Positions 37,601 to 51,552 are shown, numbered from the stretch's first letter. The stretch: DNA of 64,000 nucleotides from Podarcis melisellensis (GCA_964234715.1 OZ174280.1), one strand, 5' to 3'. The notes: generated by a model from the sequence alone, not told the origin. Numbers and translations: made by a program.

Positions 37601-40083
37601 TGCAGAAGAAAGATTATAAGGTGTTACATCATTTATTCCGAAAATTAAAACCATATACAGTGCTACAGTGCTGGCCATATCTAAGTAAGTAAAGTGACAG
37701 AAATGTAATGGTAGGAGTTCCTATCAGAAGTCAATTGCTGTAAAACGGGGTTAAACATTGACTTCACAATGTGGCGAGTTTATTGATCTTGTTAACAGCA
37801 AAAAAATGTGCATGGTTATTTCTGTGGGAAAGCAAAACATTTATCCACTCCCTTGTTATCTAGATGGTTTTTCAGTTCTGAGTCGACTAATGCCCATGCC
37901 ACCAGTTTTCATTTATATCCCATGCAATTCCAGGGGCAAGTTACTTTCACCTTCCTTATTCAGGTTCATGTCCTGTTTTGAAAGATTTTTGTTCAGATTG
38001 CATAGTGGTGGGAGCTATTCTCTTAGTTCCAACAACAGGTCCTTGCACTGCATCAGCAATAGCTTTTCAAATTCCCCCAGGTTTCAAAAGAGGCTCATCC
38101 AGCTCCACTGTGTACATTATACGCTGACAGCCTTGCCTAGTTTTGAACTTGAGATTTATTTTTTATTTTATTTATTGAATTTATATACCGCCCTATACCC
38201 AGAGGTCAAAGATTAAACTACCCATGTCAAGGCAGAACAGCTATTATAATTTGGAATTGTTCCACATTTGTATTAATTTAGATAACTCCTTTGTTGTGAG
38301 AACAGGCTGATACTACCTATGCCAAAATCAAGTGCAACTGTCCATTAACAAAACCAGTGATATGGACATGGCATTGTATGTTATGATTCACATACAAAGC
38401 ATTTTGCTCATAAATTTAACATTGCTTCATTGTTTTGGTAGCATATAGGCATCTTTTTAAACAATACTTGGCTGAAGCTGTTTTTTTAATGCATTTGTAA
38501 AATGCATGTTTTCTATTACCAAGCCCATGATAAGAGTTTTGCTTGATATAAACCAGCTTTCTAGCCAGCCTTAGATTCCAGTTTTTGGACTTGATAAAGT
38601 AAAACAACACAAGTATGCCATAGCCAAGTTTATTAAAACAGGGTTGTCTTAGACAGCTTCTTTGAAACATCTTTGTAACCTCAGGTAATAATTTTTCAGC
38701 GATAAGTCAGATAAATGAAATGATTAATGCACACAGGTTTATCTGTAGCATTGCTTAGAATATCATTAAAAATTGACCTTGTCATAAAACGTTTTACAGA
38801 AGGACATTAGCCATACTGTTTACTTTTTTTTAGATGATGTCCTTGCTATTTTTAAAATAAACCTTTAAATATTGACATAACATGTTTAAAAAATGAGGAA
38901 ACATTACTGTGCCGTCCTCAAACCTTTTGCATCTATTATACTAGGGACAGACTCACATGAAATCCAACTGTAGCTAATAAGTCTTGGGGTATCTTCTGAG
39001 GGACAAAGGAAGCTAGACAGTGGTGTGGTGGGGACACATGCTATGCCATACAACTTTTTCATAACCAAAGACAAGGCAGAAAAACGTGGTTTCCTTAACC
39101 CAGAGGATCAGCAACCTAGGCCTAATCGTATGCAGCCTTTGGCCTAATTTCCAGAGCTCTTTGCAAATGGAACAGTTATTTTGCCCTCCCCTGGCAGCCC
39201 ATTGGGTGCAGAGGAAACAGGTAGGGAGAGAGAAAAGGACTAGTAGAAAGGACTGTTCAGGACTGAACAAAGCTGTACTAGTCACCTGGTCACTGCTGTT
39301 ATTCCTGTGCTGTATAGTACATTTTATCCCCATGTCTAAGATGATAACTGGGTGCCAACAAAAACAGACTAATTAGGATTAAAAATCCTGGACACCTGTA
39401 TAAGACTCACTTTTCCTTGCTGATGAAGAAGCAAGATCCCAAAATCCAAAGTCAGGAGCTAGCATCATTTACAAAAAAAACCCCTCTAATTGAGACATAG
39501 AATGAAATACCTTTCAACTTGGGGGCTGTTGTGGGTGCCTACTATAGTGGTGGTCTTCCCTGTCCCCGAAAATGATGAGTTACCTTCTGCTTTCCCCACA
39601 CTCCCACACCTTCATAGACTCACAAGAAGTGATAGAAGTATAATTTGGTAATTTTGAAGAAAACACCTACTCTTCGGCATGAGTTAGTGGCAGGTCTTAA
39701 TTTTCAATGAAGCACGTGTCCATAGATGTTTGTTGCTTTAGGAATCAGTTTCTTATCTCAAGAGTAATCTCTTTTCCAACGTTTTCTGACACCATTTTAA
39801 TATAGCTCCTGAGATTCTTAAAGCTGACCACTTATTCCCCAATGAATAGCTTCTATTTATACGTGTCTATCAGGAGTGGAATTTATGAAAGGCGCACAAG
39901 TTATGTGAACTTCTAATGTTTTCACAGTTGTTAAACCACTTCATCTATTTTAACTAAGAGTAACTGCATATAAGACATTGGGACTCAACAGCTGCCCCAA
40001 ATGATGTTAGAAAGCCAAGGCTCTAAACCAAACAAACCCCAGATAATTTAGCAACAGCAAAGTTGACATTTCTCCTTCACGTA

Positions 40084-40830
40084 CAGCCATGGGGAAAATA
40101 AAGTGCACCCTATTTGAATTCTGTGATTTTACATATCAGGACATAATAGCAATCACTTGTTCCTTAGCAGGTCTTAAAATAGATAAATACAACCTCAGAT
40201 GAACAACAACACATGACATATTATACCGTGTCATGATTTATTTAACAGAAATAAAGCCAAGATGGAGAAATCATGTGTGAAAAACTAAGTACACTCCTAC
40301 TGCTTCCATAGGAATTAAGAGGCTAAGTAGTGGACAGGGGCTGTTAATAAAATACCCTTGCTTAATTGATCATCAGCAAGTGTGCCCACCTCTATAAAAA
40401 CTGAACTTTTGGCAGTTTGATGGTCTGGATCATTGAGGTGTGCTTTAACACTATACCAAGGAGGAAAGATAAGCAAGTGCATTGCTGCCTGTGAAACTGG
40501 GAAAGGTCACCTCCGACCAATTTTAAGTCTATCATTCTACAGTGAGAAAGATTATTCGAAAGTGGAAAACATTCAAGACAGTTGCTAATCTTCTCAGGAG
40601 TGGATGTCCCAGCAAATTCACCCCAAGGTCAGACCATGCAATGCTCAGAGACACAAACAAACCAAAAGTTACATGTCAGGCTCTACAGGCCTCAGTTAGC
40701 ATGTTAAATGTTAAGGTTCATGACAGTACAATTAGAAAAAGACAGAACAAGTATGGTTTGTTTGGAAAGGTTTCCAGGAGAAAGCCTCATCTCTCTAAAA
40801 AAGAGCATGGCAGCATGGCTTAGGTTTGCA
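40084..40830 (+). mobile_element. Tc1-family DNA transposon, left portion (IR/DR end + decayed transposase N-terminus)
   Basis: TA|cag start. Direct repeats at 40088-40110 and 40272-40297; TATA-like ctataaaa at ~40393; decayed start ata-cca-agg-agg-aaa (MPRRK-like) at 40453. ORF TVRKIIRKWK...RSGCPSKFTPRSD...VHDSTIRKR...RRKPHLSKK matches the paired-like HTH / GRPR linker. DDE domain and right IR absent. Confidence 0.9.
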
Positions 40831-42288
40831 CGCGATTACATCCTCCCTCCCAATTGAGAAGCTGTTTGAGCTGAATACAACCTTCATTCTTATGCATCTT
40901 TATCTCAAGATGGCAATCCTGGTGGCAGTTGCTTTGTTTTGAAGAGTGAGTGAAATTTCTGCTCCGGTTATGGCAACATACACAAAGAAGAAAAACAATC
41001 CTACATCCATAGTACCTTCTCTGTACTAAAGTGTTCTTGGACTACCATGCCTCAGCCTTCATGAAAGCATAGTCCTATTTACTTTCCCTTCCCTAGTGCA
41101 GTGGTGAGTCTTTTAGACCTGCTTTCTCCCACTGCCCTTCGCATGTTGATGGTTGAACATCTGCACTGAGGAAGCTTGCTCTACTTCAGTGATTTAGAAC
41201 CCTGGGTAGAGCAGGCAGCCCACTGCAGATATTCGGGGGGGGTGACAACATCTGGGGGCCTGCGGGAACAGTAAGTTTCATCCCTGCTTTCCCCCTTATG
41301 TGATAATATTCATGCTGGGAAAGGAGGGAGGAAGAACAGCTGAATAGGGGCTGCTTGTGTGCCAGGTCTGCTAGTCAAATCAGATGGTTGCATTGGGATG
41401 AAAAGTTCTGCAAATTTTGTCACAATAACAGGAGCCCACTCCATATAAAGCAGTGAACTATTTTGAACTACGGGACTGCACAGGGACATGAGAGGAGATG
41501 CTTACTGGTGACATACAACCACCAGCACTAGAGACCACATGGGTTTTCTAAGCCCTCCTCACCAACCAGGAGGGAACTGAGCAAAAAGGCACTGGTGGTG
41601 CGGGTAAGCGTGCCCAAAAAGAAAGATTCTGCAACTGAGTACATGAAATGGAAGAGGCACACTTTATTCCATCTCAGTTCATTTGTTTCTGGGCACTTCA
41701 TCAACAGGAGTAAGGGAGGGGGAGAAGGTGGTGGGTGGCCAACCTCTAGAGAAGACCAAGTAGAATGAGATTTGCTGGTACACTGCAGCAATCTTTATGT
41801 ATAAAAAGAGACTTTTGGCACAGGGAAAACACTTTAAGGGGACATAGAATAAGAGTTAGTTTAAAGCTGTTTTTCCAGTAGACTTCAATTAGAATTGTTA
41901 GTGTATTTTTTCTGTTTTTTTGCAATTAGTAATATGTATTACATTAGAAACCAGCCAACATATACATCTTAAGTTTTGTCAATTAGCGTTTTTTGCTTTT
42001 CATTTAATAGTTAGATCTGGTCAGTCTGTTTTTCATCATGCTTAAATTTGTAATATTGGCTCACCAAGAGCAATATTTATTTAAACATATAGCCGTAGTA
42101 ATATATTATTATACTATGTGTTTTTCCCCCTTAAGGCAGGGCACTAGTGATGCTGATGGTGCCAGCTTAATCATGTCTACCAAAAAGGAAGTCCCGCTGA
42201 ATTCAGTGGGGCTTACTCATACATAAGTAGTGTTAGGATTGCAGCCTGAGCTTTCTTTCTAAGAGATGAAACCACTGGTTTAATTCCA

Positions 42289-42937
42289 TGTTCTGACCTG
42301 ATATGAAGTCCTCGGATGACAATCTGCATACCCCACCCCCAAGACAAGGACCTTGAGGAGCAGGACAGGTCCTCTAAGTCTAATGGTGTGGATCCCCTTG
42401 AGGAGCTCTCTGGATTGGTACCTGATGAGGAACCCCTCGAACTCTCTGAGCAGAAGGTGCAACAACCCTGCATTCCTCAAGAGGAAGGTCACCAAAGTAT
42501 TCGGGTCCAGGCCAAAGAACAATGGTGCAGTATGTGTCTGCAGACCCAGAGTAGTTAGCCTCCTTGTAAGTAAGGGATCTATTTGTGAGTAAGGCATACC
42601 TGTTACTCCACAGCTAGCAGTATATAAGGCATCCCTCTTGAGTTGTCTAGTTGTTGGAAAAAACATGGGTATTTAGCTCCTTGTTCCTAATTCTAGGTTC
42701 TCTGTTTTACTGCACCTTGCCTGACCTCCCTGTTGTACTGACCTTGGACAATAGTCTAAGTCCATCTTGTTTCTGGATGATGTTTGAACCTAGACTGATT
42801 TTCTGTGCTTGACCTTTGTTTTCCTTAAATGTGCTGAATCTGCAACCCTGTCCTTATTTGTAGTACTTGGGAGTACCAAGCTTATATATTTTGTAACTAG
42901 TACCCTAGCCCCTGAGAACATCCCCTGGAGAGTGACA
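42289..42937 (+). mobile_element. Possible solo LTR (Gypsy/ERV-like)
   Basis: TG...CA ends (tgttctgac / gagtgaca), TATA-like tatataagg at ~42621, and a compositional shift. No clear TSD. Confidence 0.35.
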
Positions 42938-43534
42938 TAATCAGATATTCATATCCTTCATAACTAAAGCAGTCTCTTTTTGGCAGGAACAGAAGAAAAC
43001 TTAGAACAGAAAGGTATGTTTATTTTTAGAGGTTTGGTTTCCATGGATAAGCTGCCTTTGTTTATAAAACATGGGATAATTTGGCTTTTCTTCTAAAAAA
43101 ATTTTTTTAATAAAAATTGGGGACACCACTAAAATAGTATGTCATCATTCTATTGAAATGTTAGTGAAAACCTTTATAAATATAAATCTCCACCTTTAAG
43201 AAATAAGTAGTGAGACTATACTCTGTATACTTTTCTTTATTTTGAGACGGCACATTTCTAGGTATGGTATCCACAGCCAGCTAAGCATGGAGACAAGCCT
43301 AGGACACTCACATTCCAGGAACCACCACTCCATGCATTCCGACCTTCCTGCTGTCCTCAATTGACATTTGCAGTGAACACCTGAAGAAGATGCACTTTCC
43401 CATTTTCTTTTGTTGACTTAAAGGTTGACTGTTACCATTTTGGTGCTCAACAGATTTTTGCATTGCTTGTTCATAGGTGAAAAGGGAATTCTACTAGTTA
43501 AGGATGAAAATGAGGAGTCTCAGGATAGTATTTA

Positions 43535-44028
43535 CAGTAATCCCTCATCTTACACACATTTGACTTGTGGAATTTCAAACATTCATCAATGAAGGTGGGC
43601 TGGTTGAAATTGTGCAAGTCAAGTCCCAGACAAAGGAGAGAGCTTAAAAACGCTTTTTGTCCCTGCTATGGAAAGAGCCTTTAAGCTCCAAATCGCTTGT
43701 GGAGCAAGGCCTGATCAGCATACCAACTCTGGAAAGCTCTGGGATCTTCCTGTGAGACAATGTGACTTCCCATGAGATCTCGTGTGAGCATCCTTGGCCT
43801 TCCAGAGTCTGTGAGAGTGCTTCAAAGCTGTTTTCACAACAGGTAACCCAAGTGGACCAAGCACAAAAAGAGTTTTGACGCTCTCCACCTTGCTTGCTGA
43901 GCTTGGCACATCATCTCTGGCAGTGCTAGGGATGCTCCATCCCTCTCCCATTAGCCATGGGGTGTGATTTTTGTGTATACTTGTGTAACTCTTAGAACTG
44001 AACCCCTGTGTAAGATAAGGGATTTCTG
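43535..44028. mobile_element. Tigger/pogo-like MITE
   Basis: TA|cagtaatccctcatcttacaca ... tgtgtaagataagggatttctg|TA. Internal 43630-43740 is homologous to 31590-31705. Confidence 0.8.
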
Positions 44029-44617
44029 TAGTCAAGATAATGATCAGCATCATAGTGTGATTGCTGAATACTGATCTTCCAAATGAATATGAGGAAATCG
44101 TATCCTGATCAACCCTTGATGGTTACATGTGATTGTTACGCTTCTCAGCATACAATCAAAGAGCTATTTGCCAAACAGATCAAAACAAAAACCTGGACCA
44201 GTCCTTCCTCGTCTTTTAGATTACTTATGGGCCCTTCACTCTTTTTCTATCTGGTGATGCAGAAAAGCAGAGAAACATCAAGTGCCTGGGTAGGCTAGGA
44301 TGTTGTTGCCATTTGGGACAGAAGTGGGGAAAGTTCTCCTCCTCACCCTATATCAAATTATCCTCAGGTTTCTGTCAAAATACCAGTGTTAAGTAATTTA
44401 AAGACTTTAATAGCACAGCAAGGCATATGAGCATTTTATAATGAAGAGTAGACTCCAGCATGTGATACAAAATATTTGACCAGCAAGTGTGCAAGTTACA
44501 AAGTGGGCACTATCAGAAATGGATGGAAAAGTAATTATCAGCAAGATTATGCTCTAAATGCAGCTACATGTATTTATTTTAGATAGGAAGTCAGGGCTGG
44601 TGGTAGAGATCAATGTG

Positions 44618-44761
44618 CACAGCGGAACTTCCCCTCCCTCTCCTCTTCCTGCATGACACTGTGCCCACCTCCGCCAAATCTGCTCTGGGAGGTTGGGGTG
44701 AAATCCAGAACAGATTTGGGTATGAGACAGAGGGAGGAGAGACAAGCGAAGTTCCACTGTG
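44618..44761. repeat. Imperfect fold-back element (relatives near 14150-14260, 30870-31010, 34050-34215)
   Basis: cacagcggaacttc / gaagttccactgtg and ccaaatctgctctgg / ccagaacagatttgg are inverted pairs. The agcagatttggg motif recurs at ~14235 and ~30981. Confidence 0.6.
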
Positions 44762-46136
44762 GAAACAGAATTCCTTGTGCAAATGGGAAGACTTTGCTGG
44801 ATATAACTTAATATCTAGAGGCATAGTTTTGCATGTGGTTTACTGATATGCTTACAATACACTTATTGATTTATGTTTAATAACATATGTATTGCCTCCA
44901 GTTCCGCAAGAAGAACTTGCTAAAGAGACGTGGGACCTTTTAAGTAATCGAGGATGAGTTTGTTGCTGTCTCAGTTATTGATCACTTGGCTTGCCTATGA
45001 AAAGAAAAGCAGTTCATATATGCCGAGTTTGCCTCATTAATGCCATCATTATCTTCAGTATTTAGAATTATAACTAGTTCATTACATACATGGTATTCAG
45101 CAAAAAGAACAGTAGACCAAATCTTACGTATAAAGCACTTCTGTCTTAAGGACTGTATAGAATCTAAGTAGTTACTTTGGGATTTGGCACAATGTTTATG
45201 GCCATGTATATCATTCTGGAGAAATACTAAGAGGTAAAAAGTATCCTGTTCTCTACCTCATAAGCGTAAAAAAAGAAGTTAAAGGCTCATACTGTGTTAA
45301 AGTGTGCGTATAATAATTCCTACTTATGGCAAAGAATATATGTGTGCAACATTCCTCTAGAGAATCTCAGCTTCCTGGTCCAATGTGTCAGATAAATAGG
45401 TTTTGTATGTGCAAAAACAGTGAAGTGTTTTACTAAGGAGGACCTCAGATACATTAGACCTATATTATTTATGCTAGAAAGCTACAACAAAGCCATGAAA
45501 GGGTGGCTGTCTGGGTGGCCAGCACAGATACAACTGCTTGACTGTGAAGTTGTTGCACTTCATCACTGTTAATAAAGCTCATGTTAAAAAGGTATCAAGT
45601 ATCAGCTAAAAAGGAATTTGGTAGAACAAGAGTTTTAAAAATAACCTAAGGGCTAAAGCTTTGCTGGTTCCAAAAGGGAAGTTCTTTCCTCTCACATTTC
45701 AATTTAATTGGGATTTAACTTCGACTTCCTGGGCTAACAACTGAGCGTGATTATCCGGTGATAAGTAACACCAAATTCAGCTGCATTTTTACTATCTGTA
45801 GCTGTAAAATCAATGAACACTGAGCATAAGACTGGTATTGGTTCTTATTGTAACCCACAGAGCAAATTATGAGAGTTCCATATAGCTAGGTGAAGACAGC
45901 AATAGAGCAGTAAAATATTTGTCTGAGCAAGAGTTTTTCTTGCTACAAATACTGTAGCAAGTGGAGCCTAAGTTCTGCACTTGGAATATATTGTGCGAAC
46001 AAATCAAACTGATTGTTTTTGCATAATGCTGGTTCTCTCAGCCAAGGAGCTCTACAGAGCACTGAAGCTCCACTCTAACCAGAACTCCAGTCCAGTCTGT
46101 TTAGGCTTTCTAAGATGTCGCCAGATATACTGCCCA

Positions 46137-46346
46137 CAGGGTTGGCCCACCCATGAGGCAAGGTGGGGCAACTGCCTCAAGCAGCAGGATCCACAGGGGC
46201 AGCAGTTCCTGATGTAGATCTTTATCCCCCCCTGCTCTTGTTCCTGATATAAACCTTCACTCACTCTTTTCTTCCCTGGCAGGGTGTGGGTGGGTGTGCC
46301 ATCTTGTGGTTCTCCTCAGGTACCAAAATTACTTGGGCCGGCCCTG
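46137..46346. mobile_element. hAT-type MITE with perfect 8-bp TSD
   Basis: actgccca|cagggttggccca ... tgggccggccctg|actgccca. Confidence 0.9.
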
Positions 46347-49300
46347 ACTGCCCAACCTGTTTTCAAGGTTATCCAGGCCATCAGAAGAACTAGAAATTTT
46401 CAGGTTTTGTTTCTAGCTTTTATTGTAGTTTTGGTTTTCTGGATTTTGGTTTGTTTTTAGATCTTAACTGAGATTCTCAGAATATCAGTTTCTGCGCCTG
46501 ATGCCAAATGAGATTAAGAGCCTCATGCTGTACTGACTGAGCTATCCCAGCAACTAATGTTCATGTGCTGGTGCAGCAAGCACATGAAATACAGAGGCTT
46601 TCGTACAAGATACAAAATCCAGTAGCATGCACGGTGCACAGCATTGATAGCCATAGCCTATTTGTCTAATCCTCGTGTGGAGTTGTAGCCAACTAAATTA
46701 TACTCATTAGAATTCTACCCATTAAAATGGATGAACCTGTGTTATGTCCATTAACTTCAATAGATCTACTCTGAGTAGAGATAGCATTGAATACCCCCGT
46801 TGTACAGATTTCTTTATCCTAAGTTTGGGAGGCTAGCCATTTTCCAAGGGAAACCAGCATAGCTCCATCAAACAAAAAAGGCAAATTCTAGGTGTTTCTT
46901 GCCATTTTCATAATGTGAGCTTACGAGCTGTAGTTCACGTTCAAAAATGATGTAAGAAAGCTGCCAGGAAAGATCCAAGCAGTGTTATCAATGCTGTTCC
47001 ATAACTAGTAACAGCTGCTGTTGATCTGACAGCAGCTACCATAGTTTTGTGCCTCCATGCAGAGCTGGAAAGGAAACCACTTCTGGAAAGGAAGTGATTA
47101 CTGCAAAACATTAGTATGCAAAGAAGGAGGTTATTTTCAGAGGGCTAGATTTGGCCCGTTCTCACTACCAGCACTGGGATTGTTGTCTAGAATTGTTGGC
47201 TGTATGGCTACAGAGTGACGAGGGCTGTTTGTATTTACGAAAACCTGGACAGCCCACTCGTCTGTATGACCAAGAGCATACCCAAAATATTTTTATATAC
47301 TAAACTTCCATCCAGAATTGTGAATTCAAGGCACTATCCTGAAAACCGTTACTTAGAGGGAATTTTGTCATCTAGTCCAACCCCCTGCAATGCAGGAATC
47401 TCAAATAAACATATTTAGGTGTTGGCCATCTGTCATGGGTGCTTTAGCAGTGAAATTACCTTGCTTTGTTCACTGGAGAAATAGGATTTTTCATTATCTC
47501 TTCTTCTAAGGTATCATATGAGCCATTAAATTATGTCAACATAGCATTATTATAGCTGCTTTATTACTTTATTTTGCTTTTTGCTTCAGATAACTCATGT
47601 GATAACTACCTGCATCTTCAGTCAATAACAATGGGATACTTATGGGATTGTGTCATTGTCTAAAAGATTCCAGTGGACAGTAGATTTGGTAGCAACCACA
47701 CATTCAGAAAGATACATTTTTGCAGTTTTCAAAAGTGTTGACTCTAATGTACCTGGTACAACATGCATTCAGACAATGTAGTTCCATGCAGGCTTTAGAA
47801 ATATCAATTTATAAGTGGACAAAGCAAAAACCTATGTTTCAGAACTGCATCTTAATATTATTTGTTTGTTTATTAGATTTATATCCCACCATTCCTCTCA
47901 AAGAATCCCTGGCCACATATTAGCATACTTCAAATAATACAAAAACAGTATCTGAGATAATTTTCTCTCTACCCCTTCCAAAGTAAAATATAAGCTCTGA
48001 ATTTCCAATTTTTTGTCATGAAACAGAGTGAGCATGTATTTTGTTTTAGGTTGGACACAAGTAACCATTTTGTACTCTTTTGGAAAGTATGACGGAATAT
48101 TATTTATCCATTTGCATTAATGTTTTCTTGCCAAGCAAAAGCTTTTACATTTTACTCCACATAGAGTTGGAACAACATTACAGAATATGGCAGAGCGTTT
48201 AAGAATATGAAAATAAATCTTATGGTTCTAATACATGTGTGTTGGTATGTTCTGCTATATATAACATTAAAATTACCTATCTGAAAGCCCATAAAAATCT
48301 TACCCAATTGAACAGACTCTTTGCCACTTGTTTCATCTCCAGTTTTGTAAATCAAATGAATGCATTTATTCTCAAAGTTCCTTCTATTTTTTTCTTTTAA
48401 ATTTAAAGCCCACTCGCGTTCTCTGGCATGACGCAGCATTTGCGTCCTAGCGCATCTCGCTGCCATTTCCAGGTCACTTCTTCCATCTCCCAAATGGCCA
48501 ATGGGAGATGTCATATCCTCTCCCAGAAACCACAGATTTTTTGAATTTGGGTCCACCCTTAAATTGGACCAATAGCGGGCAGCCCTGGAGCAGGAAGTGG
48601 GAGTCAGACATGGCTGACTGGAATCTTCACTCAGGTCCTCTTCCAAGCCATAAATTCCAGCAGCCATGGGACCCAACTCCTCAGTTAGAGCTGGATCTCC
48701 CTCCCTCCCTTCCTGTACAGCAGGACTGTGACTCCAAGGGGCAAGTCAAGGGTATGACTTTGCTATGGAAGTATCTGGTTGCCATATTTGGGGCCCACGA
48801 TGAATTTTCTCCCCAGACAAAATTGGGTGAGTCTGGGCTTTTTTTATGCCCAACTCATAGCAATCGTCACAACCTTTGGCAGATTAGACATTGTGTTGGA
48901 TTCTTAGTCAGGGTCAGAGGGGGGTAAGCTGGAAGTCTCCACCTGCCCCCCTTCCAGGAAAATGGGAATCCCTCTAAAGGGATCCTAAGGGAGACACTTC
49001 TTTCCAAATGCCCAGGGTTTTACTTGCCCCATATCTGATGTCAGGTGTAGGACAGGTGAATGTGGCTTGGCCAAAACTGTCCTGCAGGCCAAAGGGGGAG
49101 GCCTGGTGGGCCTAATTAGTCGCAAAGGCTGGAGATTCCATAGAACGGAAATAAACCTTGCTGTGAAATGCTGTTTCCCAGACTTTCTATGGCACTCGAA
49201 GCTTGAAGCAACTGTAGATCTTTCCATCTTTGAATATTATTGTTTACTCACACTGTATATTTCTATATGCTGCTTAGTTTCTTCTGGTCCTTAAGGTTCC

Positions 49301-49380
49301 ATGACACTCTACTTCTTTACTGAGAACAGCCTCTACAGTGCTCATCAGAGTGTAATTAAGTTGTGCCTATTTGATTTTAG

Positions 49381-49508
49381 TGATGAATATGAAGAAGATG
49401 GATTTTGTCAGCCATACAGAGGAATAGCATGTGCAAGGTTTATTGGAAACCGAACCATTTATATGGAGTCCTTGCATATGCAGGGTGAAATAGAAAATCA
49501 GATTACTG
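49381..49508 (+). CDS. ROR1: ROR1 exon 5 (128 nt), start of Frizzled-like cysteine-rich domain
   Basis: gattttag| acceptor, actg|gtatgt donor. Encodes [42 protein letters not shown]. Confidence 0.97.
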
Positions 49509-50484
49509 GTATGTAAAGTTTGCTTTTATTTTCAGCTAGATTGCCATCATTTTTGAACTTACCATAATCTACACTATAGCAAGCTTGCTTGGGATTTAGT
49601 ATGTTTAATGTACTCATAGGCAGCAGAATATATGGTTAGCTCTGTGTAAATATATTATTAAGGAAAGAAACATTACAACTTTTGGAAACACTACCATGAA
49701 AACGAAACTGATGCTTAAAAAGATGTAAAATGAAAATATATTTGTATATATTTTTAAGCTTTATCAACTGTGTGTATTTTTACAACCATTTAACTTTATA
49801 ATATATACAAAGGCTACAGACAAAGTTAGTGGTGCTTAGGTTCTATTGAAAACAGAATAGTAAATTTATAATGACTTAACTCCAGCTGCATTAATGGGGT
49901 CTTCAATGTCACTAGGGGTGAAGTCCAGTTGGTGCCCCTGCACTTACAAAAGGGCTTTTGCTCCTGTGAACACCTCTGCTGATAGAAAAGGAAGGGAGAT
50001 TATTATTGCTTACTCCTCCTCCCTGCAGGCCCCAAGTAACTCCCTCCCATCAGCTCCAGAGAGTTGGAGAAACCTTCAGAACAGTGTAGAAAACCTTCTA
50101 CGGAGCAGCTGTAGGGTTCTTTTGTTAGTGAAGGTGACCACAGTATCAAAAGCCCTATGAAGGCCATCAGTTGGATTCCACCCAATGTCTGCTTTATAGA
50201 CCAGTGTCCCTTAAAGCAGGGCTTCACAATTTGTCAGTCAGCCCATCAAACTCAGGCCTTGCATTGTAACTTGCTAGTTGCTTAACAACTACCCTGTTTC
50301 AGTTCCACACAGGCAGCAAAAGGAGAGTGGAGTCTATAGCACGCGACCTTCAGCATGGTCAGGTCACAATTCATGCAGTGTTGTCAATATTCAATGTGAA
50401 ATAATTTTTGAAAATTTCAAACAGACTTTCATCTCCACATAGATAGACTTCCCATTACGTATCTTATTTTGGAAGTGGTTAGGC

Positions 50485-50926
50485 CATGGGTAAGCAAACT
50501 AAGGCCTGCGAGCTGGGTCAGGCCCAATTTCCTTCTGGATCCGGCCCGTGGATGGTCCGGGAATCACTGCGTGGACCACCAGCACGCGTTCTTTCCCTCT
50601 CCCTCACACGGCGGCAGCGCCTCCTCTCTCTTCCTGGCTTCTCCCTGCTCTGCCTAGAGGAGGAAGGGGGCTGGGCTTTGTTGGTGCCAGCAGCAGCAGC
50701 GCTTGAGCAGCCACCATTTTAAGCGGCCTCTCTCCGGAGCCCTATCGTGCGCCGCTCATCTTCCCCCCACCGCCAGCCCCTGCCACTTGCAAGACACAGG
50801 TAAGCAGCCACCGGGGCTCATGGTGCTCTTGCATCATTCCCCCCCTTCAAAATATAGTCTGCCCCCCCCACAAGGTCTTGGGGACAGTGGACCAGCCCTC
50901 TGCTGAAAAAAGTTTGCTTACCCCTG
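50485..50926. mobile_element. hAT (Charlie-like) MITE, GC/CpG-rich
   Basis: TIRs catgggtaagcaaact / agtttgcttacccctg (15 of 16 match). Flanking duplication (g)gttaggc on both sides. Ends 85 nt before exon 6. Confidence 0.86.
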
Positions 50927-51011
50927 GTTAGGCTATGAACAAGCATTATGGTGCTGAATATGTCACTTCACGTTGTATTGCCTAAACTTTTTTGGTATGT
51001 GTATATTACAG

Positions 51012-51329
51012 CTGCCTTCACTATGATTGGAACCTCCAGTCATTTATCTGATAAATGTTCCCAGTTTGCCATTCCTTCACTCTGCCATTACGCTTTCCCA
51101 TACTGCGATGAGACTTCTTCAGCTGCAAAGCCACGGGATCTGTGCCGTGATGAGTGTGAAATTCTGGAAAATGTCCTTTGCCAAACTGAGTACATCTTTG
51201 CAAGATCCAACCCAATGATTCTGATGCGTTTAAAGCTGCCTAATTGTGAAGATCTTCCACAGCCTGATAGCCCAGAAGCTGTAAATTGTATCCGCATTGG
51301 CATCCCTATGGCAGATCCGATCAACAAGA
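51012..51329 (+). CDS. ROR1: ROR1 exon 6 (318 nt), Frizzled-like cysteine-rich domain
   Basis: ttacag| acceptor, aaga|gtgagt donor. Encodes [34 protein letters not shown]...[10 protein letters not shown]...[15 protein letters not shown]. Confidence 0.97.
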
Positions 51330-51552
51330 GTGAGTGATAACTATAAACTTGATGTATTGCATACAAAATATCCTACCCATCTCTGGATAGGACTAAATGT
51401 CAATAAGAATTAGTAATATGCTTTGTGGTCACAGAAGTTCATATTTTCAATTACTAGCCTGGTAGAAAGCCCCACTCATTATTCCAGAATCCATCTTCCA
51501 ATGCACCCACCCATTTGTTTGGATTTAGTTTGCAAGCTGATTATTTAGAATA

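Noticed and set aside
48152-48927. Overlapping 174-aa (-) and 139-aa (+) ORFs
   Set aside because: No domain motifs or exon-like boundaries; moderately GC-rich, partly repeat-like intron sequence.
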